In this document: positions 48,070-57,576 of the stretch, in pieces
Numbering within the stretch: position 1 is the first letter of the stretch
How the letters are laid out: each line of letters starts with the position of its first letter
Assembly (NCBI GenBank): GCA_019058245.1
Contig: JAHPZJ010000013.1
Coordinates: 297,166 to 361,165 of the forward strand
Length of the DNA stretch: 64,000 nucleotides
Reading direction: 5' to 3'
From: Promethearchaeota archaeon
GTDB taxonomy: Archaea > Asgardarchaeota > Lokiarchaeia > Sigyniarchaeales > SOKP01
Translations under genes and position numbers: made by a program
The notes under the pieces: generated by a model
What the model was told of the DNA's origin: nothing
Databases searched by the model: none
Seen by the model: the letters and a program-made list of their open reading frames with translations, nothing else

Positions 48070-49006
48070 CTATTTTAGTTAAAAAAGGTTCTATTGAAAT
48101 AAACGGTGGAACGCCAGATAATTCTTTATCTTTAATTAGTCCAACTTCCTCAGGATTCATACCAAGGGCAAGTCCTAATAATTGCGTATAATATATTACA
48201 GGAATATTAAAAGGAGCGTCAATTCTATCTTTAAAAATCTTATTTATTTCTATCTGTCCTAAATCAAACTGAAGATGACAAAAAGGACATACAGTAATAA
48301 TAGCTTCAACGCCGGCGGCTCTCATATTTGTGAGTTTTTCTCTTGTAAAATCTAAAGAAATTTCTTTAAAAGCACTTCTTACTGCTCCTGCAGCACCGCA
48401 GCATCGATATTTATCTAGATAATTTATGCTTTTACACCCTGTTGCTTCAACTAAATCATCTAAAAAGTGTGGTGTTTCAGAATCCTTACCCCAAGGTCTT
48501 ATTTCAGATGGCTTTAAAAGATGACATCCATAATGTACTGCTATTCGAAGATCTAACTTATTTTTTCGCCCGTATTTTACACGATTTTTTATTTTATCTA
48601 ATCCAATATCTTTATATAAAATTTCTATTATATGTTTAACCTTAATACTTCCTTTATATGATCGATTTACTTTACTCAGATGATAATTTACCATATTACG
48701 CTTTTCTACATCGGATTTTAATTGATGATCGGCTTCAAGAAGGCTTCCATAGCATCCATTGCACATTGTAGCTATATCATAATTATTATTCTCTGCAATT
48801 GTCAAATTTCTAGTCGCAATTATTAACCATGTATCGATGTCAAAACCGCGAAAAACGCCTGGAGCTGGACAACAAGAGGCTCCCTCCATATCGACAAGGG
48901 TTATCCCTAATTTTTGAAATACTTTTTTAGTAGCAGCTTCGATAAAAGGATATCTGTTTGGTATTACACATCCAAGGAACAATGAATATTTTTTATCTTG
49001 TACCAT
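48050..49006 (-). CDS. hdrB: Heterodisulfide reductase subunit B, copy 2
   Basis: FLGCVIPNRYP, SCCPAPG, MCNGC, HYGCH, RCCGA, VCPFCHLQFD. Confidence 0.93.
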   Translation of the reverse strand: MVQDKKYSLFLGCVIPNRYPFIEAATKKVFQKLGITLVDMEGASCCPAPGVFRGFDIDTWLIIATRNLTIAENNNYDIATMCNGCYGSLLEADHQLKSDVEKRNMVNYHLSKVNRSYKGSIKVKHIIEILYKDIGLDKIKNRVKYGRKNKLDLRIAVHYGCHLLKPSEIRPWGKDSETPHFLDDLVEATGCKSINYLDKYRCCGAAGAVRSAFKEISLDFTREKLTNMRAAGVEAIITVCPFCHLQFDLGQIEINKIFKDRIDAPFNIPVIYYTQLLGLALGMNPEEVGLIKDKELSGVPPFISIEPFLTKIGEKLEG

Positions 49007-49065
49007 TTTTAGTTAAACCGTCAATTTTATTGGGATTTACTGAAAATTTATTTATTTTATACTTC

Positions 49066-49692
49066 TTATATTTTTGAGATCTTTAACTTTTCTTCTTCTG
49101 TAATATATTTCTCAAGTGTTTCCTCAACTATAGAGACTTTAACTTTCTTTTTGATTCCCAACTCCTCGGAATCAATATTGATTAGCTCATTAAATTTTGA
49201 GCTTATCAAAAGCCTTTTTACCTCATCTAAATCTTTTTCATGGGAATGGACAGTAGGAGGAACTTTCTTTAATCCATAGAATTCTCGTAATTCTTTCCAT
49301 TTTTTGTCATCGATTGGAACTCCATGTCCAGAAAAACAAAATTTTTTACATAAATCGAGGTGACTTTTTAACATGAAACCTTTTTGAACAGCCAAATTCC
49401 GTAAAAATATTATCATATCAGTGATAGGTAATTTACGAGGACAACGTTCAAGACAGGTATAACAAGTTGAACAGTACCAAATATCATTTTCTGAAAGGAT
49501 ATCTTCAATCCCTAACTGAACTTTCCTCATAATTGTCCTTACTTTCAAAGCTGTTCTTTCTCCTGAGGGGCAACCTCCGGAGCATGTTCCACATTGAATA
49601 CAAGCATCAACTTCAGAATAACCTGCTTCTTTTAAAGAATCTACTAATGTATTTGTACAATTAGTTATAATATCTGGTTCATAATCTAACAT
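49066..49692 (-). CDS. hdrC: Heterodisulfide reductase subunit C, copy 2
   Basis: CIQCGTCSGGCPSG, WYCSTCYTCLERCPR, GHGVP. Confidence 0.93.
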   Translation of the reverse strand: MLDYEPDIITNCTNTLVDSLKEAGYSEVDACIQCGTCSGGCPSGERTALKVRTIMRKVQLGIEDILSENDIWYCSTCYTCLERCPRKLPITDMIIFLRNLAVQKGFMLKSHLDLCKKFCFSGHGVPIDDKKWKELREFYGLKKVPPTVHSHEKDLDEVKRLLISSKFNELINIDSEELGIKKKVKVSIVEETLEKYITEEEKLKISKI

Positions 49693-49882
49693 TTTGTTTC
49701 TTTCCTTATCTATTCTCTATATAAAAGTCATTTTAACCGATTTAGTCTAAACTTTTTTTTAAAGAATGATTAAAACAGCTAAAAGGTTATTAAGCCTTAG
49801 GAGAATAAATGTGAATCTAATATATAAGTTTTCCCTTTACATTTAATAGAGTTAGAGAACCTCTACTATTTTCCATTAAAAG

Positions 49883-49927
49883 GTTTCAATTTGCAACAAT
49901 TACTTTCAAAAAATTTCAATTTTAAAA
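49883..49927 (-). promoter_or_regulatory. Putative Lrp-type operator pair in the divergent hdrC2/mvhG2 intergenic region
   Basis: Minus strand: TTTTAA-AAT-TGAAAT (49927-49913) and GTTGCA-AAT-TGAAAC (49897-49883), 30 bp apart. Confidence 0.6.
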
Positions 49928-50025
49928 TTCCTTATAAATAACCCTCATTAATTTAAGATTTATAAGCAACATTCTTTAATAACTTACATTCATTTAATTA
50001 TCATTATTTAAAATAACAAAACTAT

Positions 50026-51444
50026 TTGATATTTGATAAAATGCCAGTACCAGTAGTTTTTATGCAACTTAGTTCTTGCTGGGGTTGCCATCAGAGTCTA
50101 TTAAATGCACATTTTGAATTACTTCCTTTTCTATCAGAATTTGAAATTGTTAATTGGCCTACTATTTTCAATATAAAAGATGAAACTTTAATAGAAAAAG
50201 AAGCAAGATCAATAAAAGTTGGCTTCATTGAAGGTGTTATAAGAACAGAAATAGATACTTTAAAAGTTAAATTAATGAGGCAAAAATGTGATATTATTAT
50301 AGCATTTGGGGCATGTGCAAGTTATGGAGGCATAGCGGGATTAGCTAATTTATTTGAGATAGATGAGTTAGTAGAAAGAAAATTCAAAGAAGTTGAATCT
50401 ATTATTGAAACTGACTTAGAAGAACCGAAGCTTAACTTGCCAAAATTTGAGAATTTTATTTATAATGTTAAGGATTTAATCCATATTGATTTATTTATCC
50501 CTGGATGTCCACCTAAAACAGAAAATATTACAGCTTTGCTATTATATTTGATAACTCGATTAAGTGATGGATCCAAAAATCGTAATAGAGCTAAAACTGT
50601 ATGTGACAACTGTAATCTTTATTTTGATGGTTGTCTTTTAGATCAGGGTAGACTCTGTTTTGGACCCATAACTGCTTCTGGTTGTGAGTTAATGTGCCCT
50701 AATAATTCAAATACTTGTTTTGGCTGTTTTGAATGTACACTTAATCCAAATAAAAAAGTTTCAAAATTGCACAAGTTAATCATAGATATAGATGATTTAA
50801 ATGATGAATTAATGAAAGTTATTCAACATTTTTTGATCTCTTACTTAAGGTTATCTAATCTTACAAATTTTTATTTCCGTAAGGACTTATTGCAAAGACT
50901 TGTTTATGAACCAGAAAGTTTTACTCAAATAGAAAAAGAAACTAAAAATGGTTTTTTGCAAATGTTAAATGTCAAGCCCTCAGGAATTCCTATAATTGAC
51001 GAAATTATTGGTGCGATTTTATTTCTTTTAAAAAATAGTTCAAGGTTTAAATTTAGCACAAAAACTGTTTGTAGTCATTGCAACAGAATCATAGTAGATA
51101 AAGTCCCCACGAGATTAAAAAGAGATTATGAAGGATTACCTACTCAAGATAAATGCTTTTTAGAACAAGGATATCTCTGTTTCGGACTTGTTACTCATGC
51201 CGGTTGCGGAACCATATGTCCTAATAAAGCAAATGCTCCATGCTTAGGATGTTATGGTCCGCCGGTAGGAATTAAAGATCCAGGTCCAAAATTTATAAGT
51301 AGTTTAGGATCTCTATGTGTAGATCTTGATCCTGAAGAAATCACCAAATCTATTAAGGATCCCGTAGGTTTATTCAATAGATTTACCCTCGCGGACAGTA
51401 TTCTAAAACATAAATATTCTGATAAAATAGATGAATTACAATAA
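50026..51444 (+). CDS. mvhG: Second MvhG/VhuG-like hydrogenase small subunit with a duplicated C-terminal Fe-S domain (likely ATG at 50041); no adjacent large subunit
   Basis: SSCWGCH, AFGACASYGG, PGCPP; two CxxC...C(L/F)L.QG.LCFG..T..GC...CP...C.GC units. Confidence 0.85.
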   Translation: MIFDKMPVPVVFMQLSSCWGCHQSLLNAHFELLPFLSEFEIVNWPTIFNIKDETLIEKEARSIKVGFIEGVIRTEIDTLKVKLMRQKCDIIIAFGACASYGGIAGLANLFEIDELVERKFKEVESIIETDLEEPKLNLPKFENFIYNVKDLIHIDLFIPGCPPKTENITALLLYLITRLSDGSKNRNRAKTVCDNCNLYFDGCLLDQGRLCFGPITASGCELMCPNNSNTCFGCFECTLNPNKKVSKLHKLIIDIDDLNDELMKVIQHFLISYLRLSNLTNFYFRKDLLQRLVYEPESFTQIEKETKNGFLQMLNVKPSGIPIIDEIIGAILFLLKNSSRFKFSTKTVCSHCNRIIVDKVPTRLKRDYEGLPTQDKCFLEQGYLCFGLVTHAGCGTICPNKANAPCLGCYGPPVGIKDPGPKFISSLGSLCVDLDPEEITKSIKDPVGLFNRFTLADSILKHKYSDKIDELQ

Positions 51445-51495
51445 AGCCGACGTGTTATGTTTTTTTAGTTATAATTATCAGATTTTCTAAATTTT

Positions 51496-51795
51496 TTAAA
51501 AAAATTTCGAAATTCCATAATTGGATAAATATATCATTATAGGACTAGAGAATTGCATAACGCTCCTTACTTTTTCTCTCATTTCTTGTTTATAAAAATA
51601 AAAAGAGCATTTCTTACATGAGGGCTTATTTTCACCATAAAGGCAATACTCTAAAGTTCTATTAGTATATACGAAAGGTTTTAAACAATTATCATAAAAT
51701 TGTTTATTAGAATATTGAAGGTTTTTGCAGTATATCCTAATCATTACTTTTACTATTTTTCTTTCATTCTCAAAGTTATTATTAAAAGGACTCAT
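51496..51795 (-). pseudogene. Degenerate YgbA (nitrous oxide-stimulated promoter family) zinc-finger-like gene
   Basis: E...V..MI.IYC, KPSCKKC, YK.EMREKVR.VM match the family, but several Cys/His are lost; the expected 'xPI' tail (YPIMEFRNF) lies in a shifted frame. Confidence 0.55.
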
Positions 51796-51894
51796 AATAT
51801 AACATCAATATTTAAGTAGATTTTGTATTTTGGTTATAATTAAATTCTTGAATTTTTCTTTTATAATCTAAATTCTTTTAATCTTTGTTTCAAT

Positions 51895-52956
51895 TTGAGA
51901 ATTATGAGTGGAAAAAAAGAGAGTTCAAATGTAATCCGTTTGGCACATGGAGCTGGTGGTGTTTTACAAGAAGATTTAATCAAATTTATTACAAAAAATA
52001 TTCCTTTTAAAAAAGTTAATAACGGAATTGGTGTTGAGGAATTGGATGATGGTGCCACAATTCCTTTAATTAATTATGAAAAAGAAATTGTTATTACTGC
52101 TGATGGTCATACTATTTACCCTCTATTTTTTCCTGGCGGTGATTTAGGGATTTTGAGTGTTTGTGGCACTGTAAATGATCTTTTAATGATGGGAGCAGAA
52201 CCAATAGCCTTAACTTCCATAATAATTATTGAAGAAGGTTTCGAATTTGATATACTTGAAAAAATAGTTGATTCAATAAATAAAAGCGCAGAAGAGGCGA
52301 ATATTGCGATTATTGCTGGCGATACTAAAGTAATGCCAAGGGGTAGTCTCAATGAAATAATTATAGCAACAACAGGTATTGGGATTAAAGATAAAAATAT
52401 TCAAGTTTTAGACAATAATTTAAAACCAGGGGACGATATTATTCTAACCGGGAGTATTGGAGATCATGGTACAGCATTGATGGCTTCTCGAGAAGGTTTA
52501 AATATATCTACTGATCTAGAATCTGATATTTCACTCTTACTTGATATTTATAATATATTAGAATTGGATATTAAGAATAATTATATTCATGCTATGAAGG
52601 ATCCTACACGTGGAGGTATTGCAGCCGCTTTAAATGATTGGGCAAATAAAGCAAATATTAGTATTTGGATTAATGAGGAAAAAATTCCTATCAAAAAACA
52701 AGTTAATGCGATATGCGATATGCTAGGACTTGATCCCTATAATATAGCGTGTGAAGGTAGAGCTCTCTTATCAGTAGATCCTAAACACTCTGGAAATATA
52801 TTAAATAAAATAAAATCCACACAGATAGGAAAAGATGCAGAAATCATTGGTGAAGTAAAAGCTGAAAACCCAAAAAGAGTTTTTTTAAAAACTATTGTTG
52901 GTGGTACCAGATTCGTAGATATGCCTTTAGGAGAGCCAATACCTCGAATATGTTAA
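51895..52956 (+). CDS. hypE: Hydrogenase maturation carbamoyl dehydratase HypE (likely ATG at 51904)
   Basis: LAHGAGG, PLFFPGGDLG, GDTKVM, MKDPTRGG, C-terminal PRIC. Confidence 0.95.
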   Translation: MRIMSGKKESSNVIRLAHGAGGVLQEDLIKFITKNIPFKKVNNGIGVEELDDGATIPLINYEKEIVITADGHTIYPLFFPGGDLGILSVCGTVNDLLMMGAEPIALTSIIIIEEGFEFDILEKIVDSINKSAEEANIAIIAGDTKVMPRGSLNEIIIATTGIGIKDKNIQVLDNNLKPGDDIILTGSIGDHGTALMASREGLNISTDLESDISLLLDIYNILELDIKNNYIHAMKDPTRGGIAAALNDWANKANISIWINEEKIPIKKQVNAICDMLGLDPYNIACEGRALLSVDPKHSGNILNKIKSTQIGKDAEIIGEVKAENPKRVFLKTIVGGTRFVDMPLGEPIPRIC

Positions 52957-54071
52957 CAGGTGATAATATGGATATCCCCGGAATAAATATTTTAAGAAGT
53001 GAGCAATTTACTAATAAAGTTATTGAGACTATAAATAAAATAGTTAAAGAACTAGGTAAAAAAATTAAATTTATGCATGTCTGTGGTACACATGAACACA
53101 CCATTTCAAAATATGGTTTAAGAACTCTCTTACCTAAAGAAGTTGAAGTATTATCTGGTCCAGGATGTCCAGTATGTATATGCCCTGCTGCTGATATTGA
53201 TAAAGCCATAGAGCTAGGAAAACGAGATGACACGATAATAACAACTTTTGGAGATATGATACGAGTACCAGCAACTAATATTTCACTTGCTGAATTAAAG
53301 GCTAAAGGTGCGGATATAAGAATAGTCTATGGACCAAATGATGCTGTTAAAATTGCAAAAGAAAATTCAGATAAAGAAGTAATTTTTTTTGCTATAGGGT
53401 TTGAAACTACTGTTCCTTTAATTGGATATGAAATACAATCTGGACCTCCCTCAAATTTTTCAGTTATTTGTGCTCATAAATTAATACCAGCCGCTTTGGA
53501 ATTATTAATGAGTCAATCCCAATTAAGAATTGATGGTTTCATTTCCCCTGGGCATGTATCAACTATAATAGGATTAAAACCATATGAAATATTCTCACAA
53601 GCTTATAGAATACCTAATGTGATATCCGGTTTTGAGCCAAATGATGTATTGCTCTCAATTTTAATGCTTTTGAAACAAGTAAGAGATAAAAAATATGAAA
53701 CTTTTAATGAATATTCGAGAGTTGTAAAGCCTGAGGGTAATAAAATCGCTCAAAAAATAATGGAAGAAGTCTTTGAACCAGTATCATCCCCATGGAGAGG
53801 TATCGGGAGAGTTAATGAAGGTGGATTAGTTATCAGAGAAAAATATAAAGAGTTTGATGCTGAGAAAAAATTTAATGTAAAAATTGAAAAATCTCAAGAT
53901 ATCCCTCCAGGGTGTTCATGTCATCTTGTAATGGTTGGAAAGCTTTATCCTTATGAATGTAAATTATTTAGAAAAGAATGCACTCCAATTCACCCTGTAG
54001 GACCTTGTATGGTATCTATGGAAGGAACTTGTAGCATCTATTTTAAATATCATAGTGATGATAATAATTAA
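52950..54071 (+). CDS. hypD: Hydrogenase maturation protein HypD
   Basis: MHVCGTHE, GPGCPVC, GFETT, PGHVSTIIG, PVGPCMVSMEGTC. Confidence 0.95.
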   Translation: MLTGDNMDIPGINILRSEQFTNKVIETINKIVKELGKKIKFMHVCGTHEHTISKYGLRTLLPKEVEVLSGPGCPVCICPAADIDKAIELGKRDDTIITTFGDMIRVPATNISLAELKAKGADIRIVYGPNDAVKIAKENSDKEVIFFAIGFETTVPLIGYEIQSGPPSNFSVICAHKLIPAALELLMSQSQLRIDGFISPGHVSTIIGLKPYEIFSQAYRIPNVISGFEPNDVLLSILMLLKQVRDKKYETFNEYSRVVKPEGNKIAQKIMEEVFEPVSSPWRGIGRVNEGGLVIREKYKEFDAEKKFNVKIEKSQDIPPGCSCHLVMVGKLYPYECKLFRKECTPIHPVGPCMVSMEGTCSIYFKYHSDDNN

Positions 54072-54982
54072 ATTGACCATGGAAAGCATGACTCGTATTT
54101 ATCAGATCCCCACACATCCGTAGCAGGGAAATTGCACCTATATCCATTCTCATAGTTTTTATTATAATATGTTTTTACATGCATTCCCCATACTATCCTA
54201 TCAAAATCAGCACGGGTTATTCTTTGGGATTCAGAATTATGTGAAAAGTTTTTAGTGCTAAATTCAAGGCTACATTTCCAAAAATGACTTTTTTCTTTAA
54301 GATACTTTGCTTTGTCTCCCTGATCTTCCTCAACCCAAGAAACAAAACAAACATCATCCTTTCCTTCTAAGCAGTTATCTAAATATTTTATTCGAGAATC
54401 GAAACCACCTTCATTGGCTGCCCAATATCCACCCCAATAACTTACAAGCACTATGATAACCTTTCCTTTTAAATCTTTAACTGTTGGTCATATAAAATTT
54501 CGTTCTCTAAAATCTTTAAAAGTGAAGAGTATATTGGAATCAAATGAATCAGTAATAATTTTATTTAATTTCTTAATTCCATAGAGTTCTTCAGGCTCGT
54601 TATTCAAGTCAATAATAGAATCTTTAAGTTCAATAAATAGAGTAATGGGTGTATGATCTTTATTTTGTTCATTTGACCATTCTTTCAGCACTTTAAGCCA
54701 ATTAGAGAAAAGAAGATTATTAGGATTACCATCTACTTCAAGAAGTGAATCAATATGGTTTTCTAAATGATAAACTTCAAAGTCTTCTAATTCCTGTATG
54801 ATGTTATCATGTATGTCATATTCAAGACCTCTTACTCCCTTATTTAGCTGATCTCTTATAGAATGTATATATGAATTATGACTAGTTTTAATAAATGCTT
54901 TATGATATGGTATATCCCATCTTTTTTCGATATTATTCATAATAAAATGGAGGGCTTTAGTTAACATGTAGAGAAAAAGCAA
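54068..54982 (-). pseudogene. Phosphatidylinositol-specific phospholipase C-like gene interrupted by one in-frame TGA (54488-54490); joins ORFs 54488-54982 and 54068-54451
   Basis: SHNSY, QLNKGVRGLEYDIH, FEVYH, HTPITLFIELKD; reads ...RNFI-TGA-PTVKDLKGKVIIVL in frame, where PLC-X proteins typically have WPTx..L.GK. Confidence 0.75.
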
Positions 54983-55112
54983 TAACTTATTTCTTTTTAT
55001 TATAAAATATTAAATCTTTTTATTTTGCATTTCTATACTATCTTCGCTATCTTTTAGAGTATAAATAAAAAATCAGTTGATTTATATTTCTTTTAAATTT
55101 TAATTTATTTGA

Positions 55113-57506
55113 ATGGCTGAAAAAACTGTAGAAATTAATATTGATGGTATTGTTCAAGGTGTAGGATTCCGTCCATTTTTATTTAATTTAGCAAGATTTT
55201 TAGGATTAAAAGGTTTTATTTTAAACCGAGGAAATGCAGGAGTTCGTCTTATACTTCAAGGAAATGATGATAAAATAAATGAATTTATTGAAAATATAGA
55301 TAAAAGTGCTCCTAAAATATCTTATATTGAGAATATAAGCACTAGAGATATAGAAAATCAAAGCAAATATTATGATTTAACAATTCGACCAAGCGAACAA
55401 GGTAGGGGTATAAGTCTTACATTACCACCAGATATTGCAATTTGTAATAACTGCCTAAATGAAATGAGAAATCAAGATAAAAAACGATTCTATAGATATC
55501 CTTTTATAGCATGTGCTCAATGTGGTCCACGTTTTACAACTGTAAATGAATTATCATATGATAGAGAAAGGACTACAATGAAAAGTTTTCCATTTTGTAA
55601 ATCGTGTCAAAATGATTATTCAGACTTTAATAATAGAAGATTTCATGCCCAAACTTTTGCATGTTCTGTTTGCGGTCCAAATTATGAACTATATGACAAG
55701 AATAGAACAAAGATTATAAAATCATCAATAGAAGAGATATTGATAGAAGTCACAAATAGAATAAATAATGGTGAAGTAATTGCTATTAAAGGAATTGGTG
55801 GCGTTCACTTAGTATGTCAGGCAGATAACGATGATACTATTTTAGAACTTAGGTCAAGGAAAGGTGGAAGAAAATATAAACCGTTTGCATTAATGATTCC
55901 AAATTTGAAACTAATCGAAAAAGAATTCAATATCTCTCAAGAAGAGAGAGAAATGCTATTATCATTTCGTAGACCAATTGTATTATTGGAACGTAAAGAG
56001 AAGATAGCAACTTCTATAATAAGTGATTGGGTAGCTCCTGGACTAAACAATGTAGGGTTCATGCTCCCATATACGGGGATTCATTATTTATTATTTGATT
56101 TAATCGGGAATAAACCCTTAGTTTACACAAGTGGTAATAGATCAAATATTCCAATGGGAATTGACAATAATACTATTTTTAAGCAATTAAATGAATTAGC
56201 AGATGGATTTTTATTACATAATCGAGAAATTTGTCAGAGAGCTGATGATAGTGTTTTAAGAGTTCATAATAATAAAATAAAATTAATTAGACGATCAAGA
56301 GGTTTTGTTCCAGAATATTTACCATTACCTTTTGAAGTTGAGATACCTGGAGCATTAGCTACCGGCCCTGAATTAGCAGTTACAGGAGCAATTTTACGTA
56401 GAAATCGAATATTTCCTACTCAATATATTGGAAATGTTACTCACTTAGAAACATATAACTTTCTGGAAGATGCTCTGTTTCACATGAAAAATCTCCTACA
56501 AATTAAGAATTCAGAATTAGAATTTATTGTCTGCGATGCACATCCTTCTTTTATAACAACAAAATTAGGTACTGATTTAGCAAATCAATTTAAAATTCCT
56601 TTATACTCAGTACAACATCATTACGCCCATATTTTAAGTCTTATGGCGGAAAATGAAATTGAAATAGATAAAAAAATCATAGGTATAAGTACTGATGGTG
56701 TTGGTTATGGAGATGATGGTAATATTTGGGGCGGAGAGATTTTGCTTTGTTCTTACAATAATTATATAAGGCTAGGATCATTACAATATCAACCAATGGT
56801 AGGAGGAGATCGTTGTACAAAATATCCTGCTAGGATGGTTGCTTCAATCATACTTAATACTTTAAATACGGACGAATCTTTAAAAATCTTCAAAAAAATA
56901 GGAATACAAAATGATTTAGAATATAAAGAAAATGAATTAAGTATTTTAATTTCTCAATTCAATAATGCCAATCAAAAATTTCCATCAGAAAATATACCTT
57001 TATCAAGTTCAACTGGTAGAATATTTGATAGTGTATCTTATCTTTTAGGAGCAGCAAAAATAAAAACATATAGAGGAGAACCTGCGATGAGACTTGAAAG
57101 TTTAGCTTCAAGAGGGAATCCAAATAATATAAATTTTAAGATTGAATATTATAAAAAAAATGGATTATATATAATTAATACATCAAAAATAATAATTGAT
57201 GTTCTTACTCTACTTGAAGATTCAAAAAATAATCGAAGCGATATTGCAGCAAAATTTCAAATTGAACTAGGAAATGCATTTGCAGAAGTTGCTATAGAAG
57301 TTGCTAAAGAACACCAAGTAGAGTGTATAGGATTAACTGGTGGTGTAGCATATAATTACTCATTTTCGAAAATTATTAAAGAAAAAGTGAATAATAAAGG
57401 ATTTTTATTTTTAGAACATAATTTAACAGCTCCGGGAGATGCTGGCATAAGTACAGGACAATTAATTGGTGGTATTTTTAAATATCTCAAAAACTATAGG
57501 ATCTAA
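55113..57506 (+). CDS. hypF: Carbamoyltransferase HypF
   Basis: GIVQGVGFRPF, CNNC/CAQCGPR, CKSC/CSVCGP, KGIGG, QHHYAH, DGVGYG, GDAGISTGQ. Confidence 0.95.
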   Translation: MAEKTVEINIDGIVQGVGFRPFLFNLARFLGLKGFILNRGNAGVRLILQGNDDKINEFIENIDKSAPKISYIENISTRDIENQSKYYDLTIRPSEQGRGISLTLPPDIAICNNCLNEMRNQDKKRFYRYPFIACAQCGPRFTTVNELSYDRERTTMKSFPFCKSCQNDYSDFNNRRFHAQTFACSVCGPNYELYDKNRTKIIKSSIEEILIEVTNRINNGEVIAIKGIGGVHLVCQADNDDTILELRSRKGGRKYKPFALMIPNLKLIEKEFNISQEEREMLLSFRRPIVLLERKEKIATSIISDWVAPGLNNVGFMLPYTGIHYLLFDLIGNKPLVYTSGNRSNIPMGIDNNTIFKQLNELADGFLLHNREICQRADDSVLRVHNNKIKLIRRSRGFVPEYLPLPFEVEIPGALATGPELAVTGAILRRNRIFPTQYIGNVTHLETYNFLEDALFHMKNLLQIKNSELEFIVCDAHPSFITTKLGTDLANQFKIPLYSVQHHYAHILSLMAENEIEIDKKIIGISTDGVGYGDDGNIWGGEILLCSYNNYIRLGSLQYQPMVGGDRCTKYPARMVASIILNTLNTDESLKIFKKIGIQNDLEYKENELSILISQFNNANQKFPSENIPLSSSTGRIFDSVSYLLGAAKIKTYRGEPAMRLESLASRGNPNNINFKIEYYKKNGLYIINTSKIIIDVLTLLEDSKNNRSDIAAKFQIELGNAFAEVAIEVAKEHQVECIGLTGGVAYNYSFSKIIKEKVNNKGFLFLEHNLTAPGDAGISTGQLIGGIFKYLKNYRI

Positions 57507-57576
57507 CAAAAGCTATTGTATTATTTAAGGAATATACTCTTATTGTTTAGAATACATAAAATAAAAACTAAAGAAA

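Noticed and set aside
54488-54490. TGA in the PLC-like gene as selenocysteine
   Set aside because: The position corresponds to Trp rather than Cys in the family pattern, and no SECIS-like hairpin was seen; the 3' end overlaps the convergent hypD
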